Source: Candidatus Omnitrophota bacterium
GTDB taxonomy: Bacteria; Omnitrophota; Gorgyraeia; 2-02-FULL-51-18
Direction: 5' to 3'
NCBI GenBank assembly: GCA_016180585.1
Contig: JACPAX010000014.1
Span: forward strand, 1 to 62,161
DNA: 62,161 bases
Shown here piece after piece: positions 8,973 to 19,196 of this stretch. The notes beneath the pieces were generated by a model that saw nothing but the letters and a program-made list of their open reading frames with translations, did no database searches and had not been told where the DNA came from. Positions within the stretch are counted from its first letter, which is position 1; each line of letters opens with the position of its first letter. A program made the position numbers and the translations under genes.

Positions 8973-10709
8973 TTGCCTGGGGATGAAACTGTGGATCTAA
9001 ACCGCTTCAGCCGGCAGGTGGTCGAAATCATGCCGCTTATTTTCCGCGAATTTGTCCGGCGCGAAGACAATGAGCTCACGCGGGGCCGGATCAGCTTTCC
9101 GCAGATGGTCGCGCTGCACCACCTGGCGCGTCACGAAAAGTCGAAGATGACGGATCTGGCCAGGCTTCTCTCGGTGCGCCTGAGCACGGCGACCGTGATG
9201 GTGGACCGGCTTGTCCGCGCCGGGATGCTGCGGCGGCGGCATGACGAGGACGACCGCCGCGTGGTGTGGGTCCGGGTCACGCCGAAAGGAAAAAAGGCGG
9301 TCGGGCGGATCCTGGAGCAGAAGCGACGGAGCGTCCGCGGGATTTTCGGAAAACTCACCGGGAGGGAGCGCTCCCAGTATCTGGGGATACTTCTCAAGGT
9401 CAAGCGCGGCTTGGGAGGAGCGACGCTTCTCTTGGCCGCTTTTTTGGGGACGCTGGGTCCGGCTTCGGCCGCCGGAAAAGATTCCAAAATCCCGCCGCCG
9501 GCCCCGCTGGACCTTTCCGAGGCCTATCGGCTGGCCCTCAAGCAGAGCGAGGACGTCGCCATCCGTCAGGAGGCCCTCCAGGCCGCTCAGGGCCATTTTT
9601 ATCAGGCCTTTGAGGTGGTGTTGCCCAAGATTGACTATTCCATGACGCGCACGGATCAGGACGCCCCGGCGGGCGCGTCGGCAAGCGACAGCATTACAAG
9701 CACCTCTTTGAGGCGCTCGACCCCGCTGCGGAAATTCACGCTCAATCAGCCGCTTTTTTCCGGATTCAAGGAGTTTGCCGCCATCCAGGGCGCTGGCGCC
9801 GAGAAAAGCCAGCGCCGCCATGAGATTCGAAGGGCCAAGGAGCTTCTTTTTTTCGACGTGATGGAGGCTTTTTACGCGGCGCTTGAGGCGCAAAAAGACG
9901 CGGAGATTTTAAACTCCATTCGCAAGCTCATGAAAGACCGCCGCGCGGAGCTCATCGAGAGGGCGCGTTTGGGCCGGTCCAGGGAAAGCGAGGCGCAGAG
10001 CGCCGTTTCGGACCTCAAGCTCGTCGAGGCGGAGCTTGAAGAGGCCGCGCGCAGGCGGACGCTGGCCAGGCAGCTTCTTGAATTCTATATCGGTGAGGAG
10101 CTGAAAAACGGCCTGAAAGACACCGAGCTGCCCCTTCATCTCTTGGACGAGACCTCCGCGTCGCCTGCCCGCGCAAAGGACAGGTCGGATGTCCGGGCGG
10201 CCGAAAGCGCCAAGACGCTTGCCGAAAAGGGGGCGGTGGCGGCGCGGGCCGGACTTTTGCCCACGGTGTCTCTGGACGGCAATTACTACACCAAGCGGGT
10301 GGGCGTGCAGTCGGGGATCGACTGGGACGTCGTTCTCAAAGTCGACGTGCCCATTTTTGACCGCCTGGATACCTTCGGAGAAATCAAGGTCGCCGAGTCC
10401 GAGAGGGAAACGGCGGTGATCCACCGGAGAAAAGCCGGCCGTTTGGCCGAGCTTGAAATCAAAAATGCCGTCGAGGATTTCAGCGCGGCCAGGCGCATTC
10501 AAAGGAAACTTTGGGAGGCGACGCGCGCCTCGAAAAGAAACTATGAGCTACAGGCCAGGGAGTACCGCCTGAATCTGGTGAACAATCTCCAGGTGCTGGA
10601 GGCCCTCAGGAATTATGAGGACGTTTACCGCCGTTTCAACGAGGCGTATTATCGAATGAAACGGGCTTTTTGGGCGCTGAGAGTCGCGTTGGGGGAGGGC
10701 GTCTGGTGA
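8973..10709 (+). CDS. MarR-type wHTH region continuous in frame with a TolC-like outer-membrane efflux protein
   Basis: aa ~20-150 are MarR-like (FPQMVALHHLARHEKSKMTDLARLL...DRRVVWVRVTPKGK). A signal-peptide-like GGATLLLAAFLGTLGPASAAG and TolC/OEP repeats follow, with no stop between them. Confidence 0.7.
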   Translation: MPGDETVDLNRFSRQVVEIMPLIFREFVRREDNELTRGRISFPQMVALHHLARHEKSKMTDLARLLSVRLSTATVMVDRLVRAGMLRRRHDEDDRRVVWVRVTPKGKKAVGRILEQKRRSVRGIFGKLTGRERSQYLGILLKVKRGLGGATLLLAAFLGTLGPASAAGKDSKIPPPAPLDLSEAYRLALKQSEDVAIRQEALQAAQGHFYQAFEVVLPKIDYSMTRTDQDAPAGASASDSITSTSLRRSTPLRKFTLNQPLFSGFKEFAAIQGAGAEKSQRRHEIRRAKELLFFDVMEAFYAALEAQKDAEILNSIRKLMKDRRAELIERARLGRSRESEAQSAVSDLKLVEAELEEAARRRTLARQLLEFYIGEELKNGLKDTELPLHLLDETSASPARAKDRSDVRAAESAKTLAEKGAVAARAGLLPTVSLDGNYYTKRVGVQSGIDWDVVLKVDVPIFDRLDTFGEIKVAESERETAVIHRRKAGRLAELEIKNAVEDFSAARRIQRKLWEATRASKRNYELQAREYRLNLVNNLQVLEALRNYEDVYRRFNEAYYRMKRAFWALRVALGEGVW

Positions 10710-10725
10710 AGCGGCAGGGCCGGAC

Positions 10726-13700
10726 ATGACGCTGTCGGACATCTCCATCAAGAACCCCGTCTTCGCGTGGATGCTGATGGCGGCGCTGATCCTTTTTGGT
10801 TTTATCTCGTACGGGGGCCTCGGCGTCAGCCGGATGCCGGAGGTGGATTTCCCGGTCGTTTCCGTGCAGGTCGACTGGGAGGGGGCCGCCCCGGAGATCA
10901 TGGAGAGCGACGTCACCGACATCGTCGAGGACGCGGTGATGAGCGTCCAGGGGATCCGCGAGGTTTCTTCGACGACGCGGCAGGGCGTCTCGGAGATCAC
11001 GATCGAGTTTGACTTGTCGCGCGACATCGACGTGGCGACGCAGGAGGTGCAGGCCAAAGTCACGCAGGCCCAACGCCGGCTTCCGGTCGAGATCGATCCG
11101 CCGGTCATCACCAAGGTCAACCCGACCGATCAGCCGATCCTGTGGCTCGGCGTCTCGGGCACACGGTCGAAGCGCGACCTGATGGCCTATGTCGAGGACC
11201 ATCTCAAGAACCGGTTTCAGACCCTCCCCGGCGTCGGCGACATCATTCTGGGGGGATTTGTCGAGCGCAATCTCCGCGTGTGGGTGTCGCAGAAAAAGCT
11301 CGAGGATTATCAGCTTTCCGTCAATGACGTGATCGATTCCATCGAGGCCAATCACGTCGAGAAACCCGCCGGCCGGATCGAGACTCCCGAAAAAGAGATG
11401 AACGTCCGCGCGATGGGCGAGGCGCTGAGCGTCGGGGAATTCAAAAAAATCGTGATTTCCAAGCGCGGCGGACAGCCCGTGTACAAGCCGATTTATCTGG
11501 AGGACGTCGCCGAGATTCAGGACGACCTGGCCGATCAGCGCCGGCTGTCGCGCATCATGGGCCGCACGGCCGTGGGGCTCGGCATCCGGAAGCAGCGCGG
11601 CGCCAACGAGGTCGAGGTGGCGCGGGCGGTCAAGCGAAGGCTTAAGGAAGTGCAGAAGGAGATGCCGCGGGATCTCGAGATCGGCATCAATTTTGACCGC
11701 TCGGTCTTCGTCGAAGAATCGATCCACGAGCTTGTTTTCACGCTGGCGCTCTCGGCGCTTCTGACCGCGCTGGTGTGCTGGGTCTTTCTGGGGCACTGGA
11801 GCTCGACGCTCAATGTGCTCCTGGCGATTCCCACCTCGATTCTGGGGACGTTCATGGCGTTCAAGTTCCTGGGGTTCACGCTCAATACCTTTACGGTGCT
11901 GGGGTTGTCGCTGGTGATCGGCATCGTGGTCGATGACGCGATCATGGTGCTTGAAAATATCGTCCGACGCCGCGAAGGCGGGGAGGACCGCCGGACGGCC
12001 GCCGCGGAAGGCGCCCGGCAGATCGCCTCCGCCGCGCTCGCAACGACGCTGGCGCTTATCGCCGTGTTCCTGCCCGTCGCTTTCATGAAAGGAATCATCG
12101 GCAAATTCTTTTTTCAGTTTGGCGTGACGATCTCGGTGGCGGTGTTCCTGTCGCTTCTCGAGGCGCTGACGCTCACGCCGATGCGCGCCTCGCAGTTCCT
12201 GGACGTCGGCGAGCGCAGGACGCCGTTCGGAAGGGCCGTCGACGGCGCTTTTAAAAAACTTTCCTCGGCGTACCGGGCCGCGTTGCCCAGAGTGCTGGAC
12301 CGCAAGGGGCTGGTGATCGTCGTTTCGGTCGTGCTGTTCGCCGGGTCCCTTTTTCTCTTTAAATTCCTGCGGAAGGAATTCGTGCCGGCGCAGGACCAGA
12401 GCATGTTCATGTGCCGTTTGAAGACGCCGGTCGGTTCGTCGATCGAATTCACGAGCGACCGTTTCAAACAGGCGGAGAGCTATATCATGAGCCTGCCGGA
12501 GACGAGGCGTTACTTCGGCGCGGTCGGCGGTTTCGGCGGCGGCGAGGTGAATTCCGGCATTCTTTTCGTCACGCTCAAACCCAAGCCCGAGCGCGGCGTG
12601 CGGGAAGGCCGCCATCGGCCGATGAGTCAGGAAGAGATCATGACCGAGGCCAGAAAGGCATTGAACAAGATTCCCGATACGACGGCGAACCTGCAGGACC
12701 TTTCGACGATGGGATTCACCGCCCAACGCGGCTACCCGATCGAGTTTACGGTACGCGGGACCAACTGGGAGAAACTCGCCGAGCGTTCGGAGGAGATCAT
12801 GCGGCGGATGAAAGAGACGGGGCTGGTGGTCGACATCGACACGGATTATCTTCTGGGCGTCACGGAGATCCAGGTGGTCCCCGACCGGCAGAAGGCGCTT
12901 GCGCACGGGATCGAGATGGAAAAACTCGCGCAGGCCGTGAACGCGCTGGTCGGCGGCGTCCGCGCCGGCAAATATACGCGCGACAACCGCCGCTACGACA
13001 TCCGTGTCCGCCTGAAGGCGGAGGACCGCCTGGATCCGGAGAGGATTAAGGCGATCCAGATCTGGAACAACCGGGGGGAGATGGTGCGCCTGGGGGAGAT
13101 CGTCGAGATACGCGAAAAACCAAGTCTCATGAGCATCACTCGCCGTGGGCGAGAGCGCGCGATCGGCATCTTTTCGAACGTTGCGCCGAAGAAATCCCAG
13201 GCCGACGCGATCGAGTCCGTCCAGCGCATCGCAAGAGAGGTCCTGCCCGAGGGGTATCGCATCGTGATGAGCGGCTCGTCCAAGGAGTTTGGCGAGTCGT
13301 TCGGGTCGCTTTTTTTCGCGCTGTGGCTCGGGATCCTGATCGCCTACATGGTGCTCGCCTCGCAGTACAATAGCTACGTGCACCCCCTCACCGTGCTCCT
13401 GGCGCTGCCGTTCAGCGTGACCGGCGCGGCGCTGGCGCTCTTTTTGGCCGGGCAGTCGCTCAACATCTATAGCCTGATCGCGCTGATTCTTTTGATGGGA
13501 ATCGTGAAGAAAAATTCCATCCTGCTCGTCGAATTCGCCAACGAAATGCGGCGACGGGGCCTGGGCGCGCGGCAGGCAATCCTCGAGGCGGGGCCGGTGC
13601 GTCTGCGGCCGATCCTGATGACCTCCGTCTCCACGATCGCGGCGGCCCTCCCGCCGGCGCTGGCCCTCGGACCCGGCGCGGAGACGCGGATCCCGATGGC

Positions 13701-13815
13701 GGTCGCCGTGATCGGCGGCGTGCTCGTGTCGACGACGCTGATTTTGTTCGTCGTCCCTTGCGCGTATCTGACACTTTCAAAATGGGAACGCGCGCGTTAT
13801 ACTACAGTCCGATGA
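10726..13815 (+). CDS. RND family efflux transporter (AcrB/HAE1-like)
   Basis: 1029 aa. N-terminus is IKNPVFAWMLMAALILFGFISYGGLGVSRMPEVDFPVVSV. It has a 12-TM RND layout and the VVDDAIMVLENI block. Confidence 0.92.
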   Translation: MTLSDISIKNPVFAWMLMAALILFGFISYGGLGVSRMPEVDFPVVSVQVDWEGAAPEIMESDVTDIVEDAVMSVQGIREVSSTTRQGVSEITIEFDLSRDIDVATQEVQAKVTQAQRRLPVEIDPPVITKVNPTDQPILWLGVSGTRSKRDLMAYVEDHLKNRFQTLPGVGDIILGGFVERNLRVWVSQKKLEDYQLSVNDVIDSIEANHVEKPAGRIETPEKEMNVRAMGEALSVGEFKKIVISKRGGQPVYKPIYLEDVAEIQDDLADQRRLSRIMGRTAVGLGIRKQRGANEVEVARAVKRRLKEVQKEMPRDLEIGINFDRSVFVEESIHELVFTLALSALLTALVCWVFLGHWSSTLNVLLAIPTSILGTFMAFKFLGFTLNTFTVLGLSLVIGIVVDDAIMVLENIVRRREGGEDRRTAAAEGARQIASAALATTLALIAVFLPVAFMKGIIGKFFFQFGVTISVAVFLSLLEALTLTPMRASQFLDVGERRTPFGRAVDGAFKKLSSAYRAALPRVLDRKGLVIVVSVVLFAGSLFLFKFLRKEFVPAQDQSMFMCRLKTPVGSSIEFTSDRFKQAESYIMSLPETRRYFGAVGGFGGGEVNSGILFVTLKPKPERGVREGRHRPMSQEEIMTEARKALNKIPDTTANLQDLSTMGFTAQRGYPIEFTVRGTNWEKLAERSEEIMRRMKETGLVVDIDTDYLLGVTEIQVVPDRQKALAHGIEMEKLAQAVNALVGGVRAGKYTRDNRRYDIRVRLKAEDRLDPERIKAIQIWNNRGEMVRLGEIVEIREKPSLMSITRRGRERAIGIFSNVAPKKSQADAIESVQRIAREVLPEGYRIVMSGSSKEFGESFGSLFFALWLGILIAYMVLASQYNSYVHPLTVLLALPFSVTGAALALFLAGQSLNIYSLIALILLMGIVKKNSILLVEFANEMRRRGLGARQAILEAGPVRLRPILMTSVSTIAAALPPALALGPGAETRIPMAVAVIGGVLVSTTLILFVVPCAYLTLSKWERARYTTVR

Positions 13816-13926
13816 AAAAGCCCAATCTGCAGCGTTACTCGGTCGCTCGCTTGTGCGGCGCTATTCCCATAGCGCCTCCGCGTTCGCTTCCTCGCGCCTC
13901 GCATCTTGGGCTTTTTGATCGGACTG
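13805..13926 (+). repeat. ~122-bp nested-palindrome element, full copy
   Basis: Ends are CAGTCCGATGAAAAAGCCCAA ... TTGGGCTTTTTGATCGGACTG. The central palindrome GGCGCTAT-tccc-ATAGCGCC lies at 13857-13876. It overlaps the RND stop codon. Confidence 0.9.
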
Positions 13927-13960
13927 TTCGACTCATAGGTTTTTCAGCAGCTAAGACCCC

Positions 13961-14554
13961 ATGAAAATAGTTTGCCTGGATATGGAGGGGGTGCTGACGC
14001 CCGAGATATGGATCCGCGTGGCCGAGCGGACCGGAATCCGGGAGCTTCGCCTCACCACCCGCGACGAACCGGATTATGACCAATTGATGCGCCGGCGACT
14101 CTCCCTCTTGAGAAAGCGCGGGATCACGCTGCGGCGGATTCAGGGCATCATCGCTTCGATGCGGCCGCTCGCCGGGGCGGGCGGCTTTCTGAGCCGATTG
14201 CGGGGCAAGGTCCCGGTCGCCGTCCTCTCCGACACCTATTATGAATTCGCGATGCCGCTGATGAAGAAACTGGGTTATCCGGTTTTGTTTTGCAACGGAC
14301 TGAGCACGGACCGCCGCGGGTTTATCGCGGATTATCATCTGCGGCAGCCCAACGGCAAACGGGAGGCCGTGCTGGCGTTTAAACGCATGGGTTTCCGTGT
14401 GGCCGCCGCCGGAGACTCTTACAATGACCTGGCGATGCTCCGCGCCGCCGACCGGGGGGTGCTCTTCAACCCGCCGCCGAAGATCGCCGAGGAATGCCGC
14501 TCGCTCCGGACGACGGATTCCTACCCGGGCCTCTTGAAAGAACTGCTCCGCTGA
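13961..14554 (+). CDS. thrH: HAD-family phosphoserine phosphatase/homoserine phosphotransferase (ThrH-like)
   Basis: [38 protein letters not shown] and [12 protein letters not shown] closely recall Pseudomonas ThrH. Confidence 0.75.
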   Translation: MKIVCLDMEGVLTPEIWIRVAERTGIRELRLTTRDEPDYDQLMRRRLSLLRKRGITLRRIQGIIASMRPLAGAGGFLSRLRGKVPVAVLSDTYYEFAMPLMKKLGYPVLFCNGLSTDRRGFIADYHLRQPNGKREAVLAFKRMGFRVAAAGDSYNDLAMLRAADRGVLFNPPPKIAEECRSLRTTDSYPGLLKELLR

Positions 14555-15339
14555 TGGCCTCCACGATCACGATTCTGTCCTGGAACGTCAACGGCGTCCG
14601 CGCGGTTTTCAAAAAAGATTTTCTTCCCTGGCTCGAGAAAGAGTCCCCCGACATTCTCTGCCTTCAGGAAACCAAGGCCAGGCCGGACCAGCTTCCGCCC
14701 GAGCTTTTGAATCCCGAGGGTTACCGCGCGTTTTGGAACTCGGCCGAACGCCCCGGGTACAGCGGGGTGGCGACCTTTTCACGCCGGCAGCCTCTGGCGG
14801 TGCGGCCGGGGTTGGGCGATCCGCGTTTCGATTCCGAAGGGCGGGTCCTCGGGACGGAGTTCGAGGGCTTCACTCTTTTTAATATTTATTTTCCCAACGG
14901 GAAGATGAGCGCCGAGCGTCTGAAATACAAAATGGATTTTTACGATGAGGCGCTTCGCCATTTTATGAAACTGCGTAAACAGGGCAGGCGTCTGGTCGTT
15001 TGCGGCGACGTCAATACCGCGCACCGGCCCGTCGACCTCGCCCGCCCGAAGGAAAATGAAAAAGTCTCCGGTTTCCTGCCGATCGAGCGCGCGTGGCTGG
15101 ACCAACTCGTTTCCTCCGGGTTTGTCGACACCTTCCGCGTTTTTAACCGGGACCCCGGCCATTACACCTGGTGGGACACGATGACGCGCGCGCGCGAAAG
15201 AAACGTCGGCTGGCGGATCGACTATTTTTTTATCACCGAAGACCTTCGGAAAGACCTGAAAAACGCCTTTATCCTGCCGGAGGTCATGGGGTCCGATCAT
15301 TGCCCGGTCGGCCTCACGCTGAAGGCGGTCCCTTCGTAA
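14554..15339 (+). CDS. xth: Exodeoxyribonuclease III
   Basis: [38 protein letters not shown] and SDHCPV blocks. The ATG shares one base with the thrH stop (TGATG). Confidence 0.9.
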   Translation: MASTITILSWNVNGVRAVFKKDFLPWLEKESPDILCLQETKARPDQLPPELLNPEGYRAFWNSAERPGYSGVATFSRRQPLAVRPGLGDPRFDSEGRVLGTEFEGFTLFNIYFPNGKMSAERLKYKMDFYDEALRHFMKLRKQGRRLVVCGDVNTAHRPVDLARPKENEKVSGFLPIERAWLDQLVSSGFVDTFRVFNRDPGHYTWWDTMTRARERNVGWRIDYFFITEDLRKDLKNAFILPEVMGSDHCPVGLTLKAVPS

Positions 15340-15561
15340 CCTAATCTTAACAAATCCGAAAAAAGCCCGTTATTGACCGGGCTATCCTGTGGTTTTGGGC
15401 TTTGTCCCGGCGGTCATGCGGTAATAATGTTGACGCCGGTCGGGAATGGGTATAGAGTTTGGATATTCCATAACGGGGAAGAGAGCATAAAGAAAGGGAC
15501 GGAAATGGCGGCGCTGCAGGGGTTTTCTTCAAGAGTGGCGGGTTTTAACGGAGACCGGACG

Positions 15562-17673
15562 ATGAAAGACAGACCGACAAAAGAATCGAACATCACCAGG
15601 CTTTTTGGATCGAACGTGTTCAGTGACCGCGCGATGAAAGAAAGGCTGCCCAAGGACACTTACCGGGCGCTCCGCGAGACCATCGACAAAGGGGCGCCGC
15701 TCACCCTGGAGGTGGCCAATGTGGTCGCCAACGCGATGAAGGACTGGGCGATCGAGAAGGGCGCCACCCACTACACCCATTGGTTTCAGCCGCTGACGGG
15801 CAAGACCGCCGAGAAACACGACTCTTTCATTTCCCCTACGGTGGACGGCGGAATTGTCATGGAGTTTTCCGGCAAACAGTTGATTCAGGGCGAGCCGGAC
15901 GCCTCCTCGTTTCCGAGCGGGGGGCTGCGCGCGACGTTTGAGGCGCGCGGTTACACGGCGTGGGACTGCACGTCGCCGGCGTTTCTGAAGGAGGATGCGG
16001 CCGGCAACGTCACGCTGACGATCCCGACGGCGTTTTGTTCTTACACCGGCGAAGCCCTCGATAAAAAGACCCCGCTTTTGCGCTCCATTGAGGCGCTTTC
16101 CAAACAGGCGATCCGCGTCTTGCGCGCGCTTGGCAACACCGTGTCTATGCGCGTGACGCCGACGATGGGGCCCGAGCAGGAGTATTTTCTCATCGACAAG
16201 ACGTATTATGATCGGCGCGTCGACTTGATCACGACCGGCCGGACGCTCTTCGGCGCCCCGGCCCCGAAAGGGCAGGAGCTCGAAGACCAGTATTTCGGCG
16301 CGATCAAAGACCGGATCTCGGCGTTCATGAAAGACCTGGATACCGAACTGTGGAAGATGGGCGTCTCGGCGAAGACCAAGCACAACGAGGTGGCGCCCGC
16401 GCAGTACGAAATGGCGCCGGTGTTCTCGACGATCAATATCGCCGCCGATCACAACCAGCTTGTGATGGAGACCATGCAAAAAGTCGCTTTGCGGCATGAC
16501 CTGGTCTGCCTCCTGCATGAAAAGCCGTTTGCGGGCGTGAACGGGTCGGGCAAGCACAACAACTGGTCGATGACCACCGACGACGGGTCGAATCTTCTCG
16601 ACCCCGGCAAAACGCCGCATGAAAACGAGCAGTTCCTGCTTTTCCTGTCGGCGTTGATCGTGACGGTCGACCGCCATGCGGATAAATTAAGGGCAGGGGC
16701 GGCCAACACCGGTAATGACCTGCGCTTGGGCGCCAACGAAGCCCCTCCGGCGATCATCTCGATTTTTATGGGCGAGGAGCTTACCGATATTTTGAATGAT
16801 CTGGCCAAGAGCAGAAAAGCCTCGGGCAAGGGTCAGCACTACCTGCATATCGGCGCCGACACCCTGCCGCAACTGCCCAAGGACAACACCGACCGTAACC
16901 GCACTTCGCCGTTCGCGTTCACCGGAAATAAATTTGAGTTTCGCATGGTCGCTTCCTCGGCCTCCATCTCCGGCCCGAACATCGTGCTCAATACGATCGT
17001 CGCCGAGGCGCTGGATGAGATCGCGACCCGCCTCGAAAAGGCCAAGGACGTCAACAAGGAGGCCGCGGCCATCGTGCGCGACGCGGTGAATCAGCACGGC
17101 CGGGTGATCTACAACGGCAACAATTACACCGAGGCATGGGTGAAGGAAGCCAAGAAGCGCGGTCTCCCGAACATCTCCTCGACCGTCGAGGCGCTGAAAA
17201 CGATGGCGACCCCCGAGGCCGAGAAGCTTTTCTCGAAATACAAGGTGCTTTCGAAGGAAGAGCTGCATTCGCGTTTCGAGGTCTACCTCGAGAAATACGC
17301 CAAAGACATCAACATCGAGGCGCAAGCCGCGATCTATATGGTCAAGCGTCTCTATGTCCCGGCGGTGATCCGTTTCGTCGATGAGCTGGCGGAGACCTGC
17401 GGTCGGCCAAAATCCTTGGGGACCACCCAAAAGTCCCTGCTTTCCAAGGCGCAGAGACTGCTGGATTCAGCGACCAAGCGCCTGGAGGAGCTGGAGACGG
17501 TGCTTGAGAAGGCCCAAGGAGTCCATGAGGCCTTGAAGCGCGCCGAAACCTATCGGGACAAGGTTGTTCCGGCGATGGCCGTGCTTCGCGGGGACATCGA
17601 TGCGCTTGAGACGATTACCCCGTCTGAGCTGTGGCCGGTGCCTTCTTACGCGGACATGCTGTTCAAGCTTTAA
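15562..17673 (+). CDS. glnN: Glutamine synthetase type III
   Basis: [24 protein letters not shown]...[11 protein letters not shown] and a length above 700 aa fit GlnN. The start is uncertain (ATG 15562 preferred, ATG 15505 possible; the ORF opens at 15373). Confidence 0.88.
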   Translation: MKDRPTKESNITRLFGSNVFSDRAMKERLPKDTYRALRETIDKGAPLTLEVANVVANAMKDWAIEKGATHYTHWFQPLTGKTAEKHDSFISPTVDGGIVMEFSGKQLIQGEPDASSFPSGGLRATFEARGYTAWDCTSPAFLKEDAAGNVTLTIPTAFCSYTGEALDKKTPLLRSIEALSKQAIRVLRALGNTVSMRVTPTMGPEQEYFLIDKTYYDRRVDLITTGRTLFGAPAPKGQELEDQYFGAIKDRISAFMKDLDTELWKMGVSAKTKHNEVAPAQYEMAPVFSTINIAADHNQLVMETMQKVALRHDLVCLLHEKPFAGVNGSGKHNNWSMTTDDGSNLLDPGKTPHENEQFLLFLSALIVTVDRHADKLRAGAANTGNDLRLGANEAPPAIISIFMGEELTDILNDLAKSRKASGKGQHYLHIGADTLPQLPKDNTDRNRTSPFAFTGNKFEFRMVASSASISGPNIVLNTIVAEALDEIATRLEKAKDVNKEAAAIVRDAVNQHGRVIYNGNNYTEAWVKEAKKRGLPNISSTVEALKTMATPEAEKLFSKYKVLSKEELHSRFEVYLEKYAKDINIEAQAAIYMVKRLYVPAVIRFVDELAETCGRPKSLGTTQKSLLSKAQRLLDSATKRLEELETVLEKAQGVHEALKRAETYRDKVVPAMAVLRGDIDALETITPSELWPVPSYADMLFKL

Positions 17674-17778
17674 CAGTCCGATGAAAAAGCCCAATCTGCA
17701 GCGTTACTCGGTCGCTCGCTTGTGCGGCGCTATTCCCATAGCGCCTCCGCGCTCGCTTCCTCGCGCCTCGCATCTTGG
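17674..17778 (+). repeat. Nested-palindrome element, right end truncated
   Basis: Nearly identical to 13805-13909 and starts directly after the glnN stop. It diverges after ...GCATCTTGG, so the right terminal arm is missing. Confidence 0.9.
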
Positions 17779-17967
17779 CGGCCCCTCCGCCTGCAGGACG
17801 GGCGAAGGGGCTTGTTTTCACCCGGTTTTTTAAAAGGTTCCTAATGTCTTTTTTCATTTTTTTATTTCTTTTGGCGGCGAGGGAGTTATAATCGGATAGA
17901 TTGCCGAATCGTTTTATAAAGCACGCGGACTATAAATAAAGCAACACCTTTAACTTGAAGGAATTCC

Positions 17968-19194
17968 ATGGCCTATAGGGCCCTATACAAGAGCGACCAT
18001 CTCACCGACCGGGAGAGGAAAAACATCATTCTGCTGGATGTGATCCGCCGTAATGGACCCATCGCGAAGACGGACATTTCCCGGATCACCCAGTTTAATA
18101 TCGTCACCGTCTCCAATTACGTCGAGCATTATATCGAGCAGAAACTTGTCTTGGAAAAAGGGCTCGATATTTCCAGCGGCGGCCGGCGGCCGGAGCTTGT
18201 GGAGCTGAATGCCGATTGGGGGCGCATTATCGGCGTCGAGATCGGCCCCGCGCAGATCCTGGCGATCGTCGCCAATCTCGCCCCGATGATTCTTCACCGG
18301 GTGAAGGTGCAGAGGCCCGAGGGCCACATGGAAGTGGTGATTGCCGAGGCCGTGAAGCTTGTGCACCGGGTGATCGGCGAGTCGAAGATCCCGCTCGATA
18401 AAATCAAGGGGATCGGACTCGGCATCTCCGGCGTGATCGACCGGGGCGCCGGGACCATCCGCGACACCGATCCTTTGCGCGGACGCACGGTCGGGAGTTT
18501 CGCGACGGCCAAGTCCATCCTGGAAAAAGAATTTCGCGTGCCGGTCTCGGTCGGCAACGACGCGAGCTTGGCCGCGCTCGCCGAAAAAAAATTGAGCCTC
18601 AGAATCGACGATGAAAACGTGATTTATTTTTATTCGGACGTCGGCAGCGGCATCATCGCCAACAATGACTTGTTTTGGGGGTCAAGCTGGAGCGCGGGCG
18701 AGACCCAGCTCAATCTGGATGAGGCCGGGGATCTCGGCCTGGGGCCCTGGGTGTTCAGGACGGATTTCTTCAAATCCGAGGGGTTGGACCTGGGGATTGT
18801 CCGCCGCGCCAAAGAATCTTTGAAAAAACCGGGCGCCAAATCCAAGATCCTCGAGATGGCCAAGGACGTGGAAAAGATCGATGCGGGCCTGGTGTATGAG
18901 GCGGCCAAAAAAGGCGACGCGACGGCGGTGGGGCTTGTCGAGGAGGCCAGCACGCGGCTGGGCCTCAAAGTGGCGTATTTGACGAATTTTTTTAACCCCG
19001 AGGTCGTCGTGCTGGGCGGGGGCGTCGAGCAGGGCGGCGAGATCGTGCTCAACGTCGTGCGGCGCGTGGTCAAGCAGCTTGTCATGGAAGAGTGCGCGGG
19101 AGTGGTGAAAATTATTTTATCGCGCCTCGGCGAAGACGCGGTGGCCTTTGGCGCCGTGTGTCTTGTCACGCAGGAGCTTTTCGCGGAGGTATAG
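17968..19194 (+). CDS. ROK family transcriptional regulator
   Basis: N-terminal wHTH (ILLDVIRRNGPIAKTDISRITQFNIVTVSNYV), then a ROK sugar-kinase-like fold (GIGISGVID, VGNDASLAALAE). Confidence 0.85.
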   Translation: MAYRALYKSDHLTDRERKNIILLDVIRRNGPIAKTDISRITQFNIVTVSNYVEHYIEQKLVLEKGLDISSGGRRPELVELNADWGRIIGVEIGPAQILAIVANLAPMILHRVKVQRPEGHMEVVIAEAVKLVHRVIGESKIPLDKIKGIGLGISGVIDRGAGTIRDTDPLRGRTVGSFATAKSILEKEFRVPVSVGNDASLAALAEKKLSLRIDDENVIYFYSDVGSGIIANNDLFWGSSWSAGETQLNLDEAGDLGLGPWVFRTDFFKSEGLDLGIVRRAKESLKKPGAKSKILEMAKDVEKIDAGLVYEAAKKGDATAVGLVEEASTRLGLKVAYLTNFFNPEVVVLGGGVEQGGEIVLNVVRRVVKQLVMEECAGVVKIILSRLGEDAVAFGAVCLVTQELFAEV

Positions 19195-19196
19195 CC

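Noticed and set aside
10636-13383. 915-aa minus-strand ORF opposite the RND transporter
   Set aside because: Same antisense artefact, with no recognisable motifs and an extreme R/D/H/P composition. The plus-strand RND gene is well supported.
13758-13964. Recurring small ORF MKKPNLQRYSVARLCGAIPIAPPRSLPRASHLG... (also at 17564-17833 and 30166-30390)
   Set aside because: It is a translation of the 122-bp repeat element. There is no SD, and the frame diverges between copies (copy 30276 gives MKKPHLLRCTLRSLVRRYSHSASAV...). Conservation is therefore at the nucleotide/palindrome level, not the protein level.
15340-15561. Glutamine riboswitch or other leader upstream of glnN
   Set aside because: Only a weak GACGGAA resemblance is present, and the conserved CGTTCA...AAGGAACG elements are absent. 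Part of the region may be coding if the start is ATG 15505.
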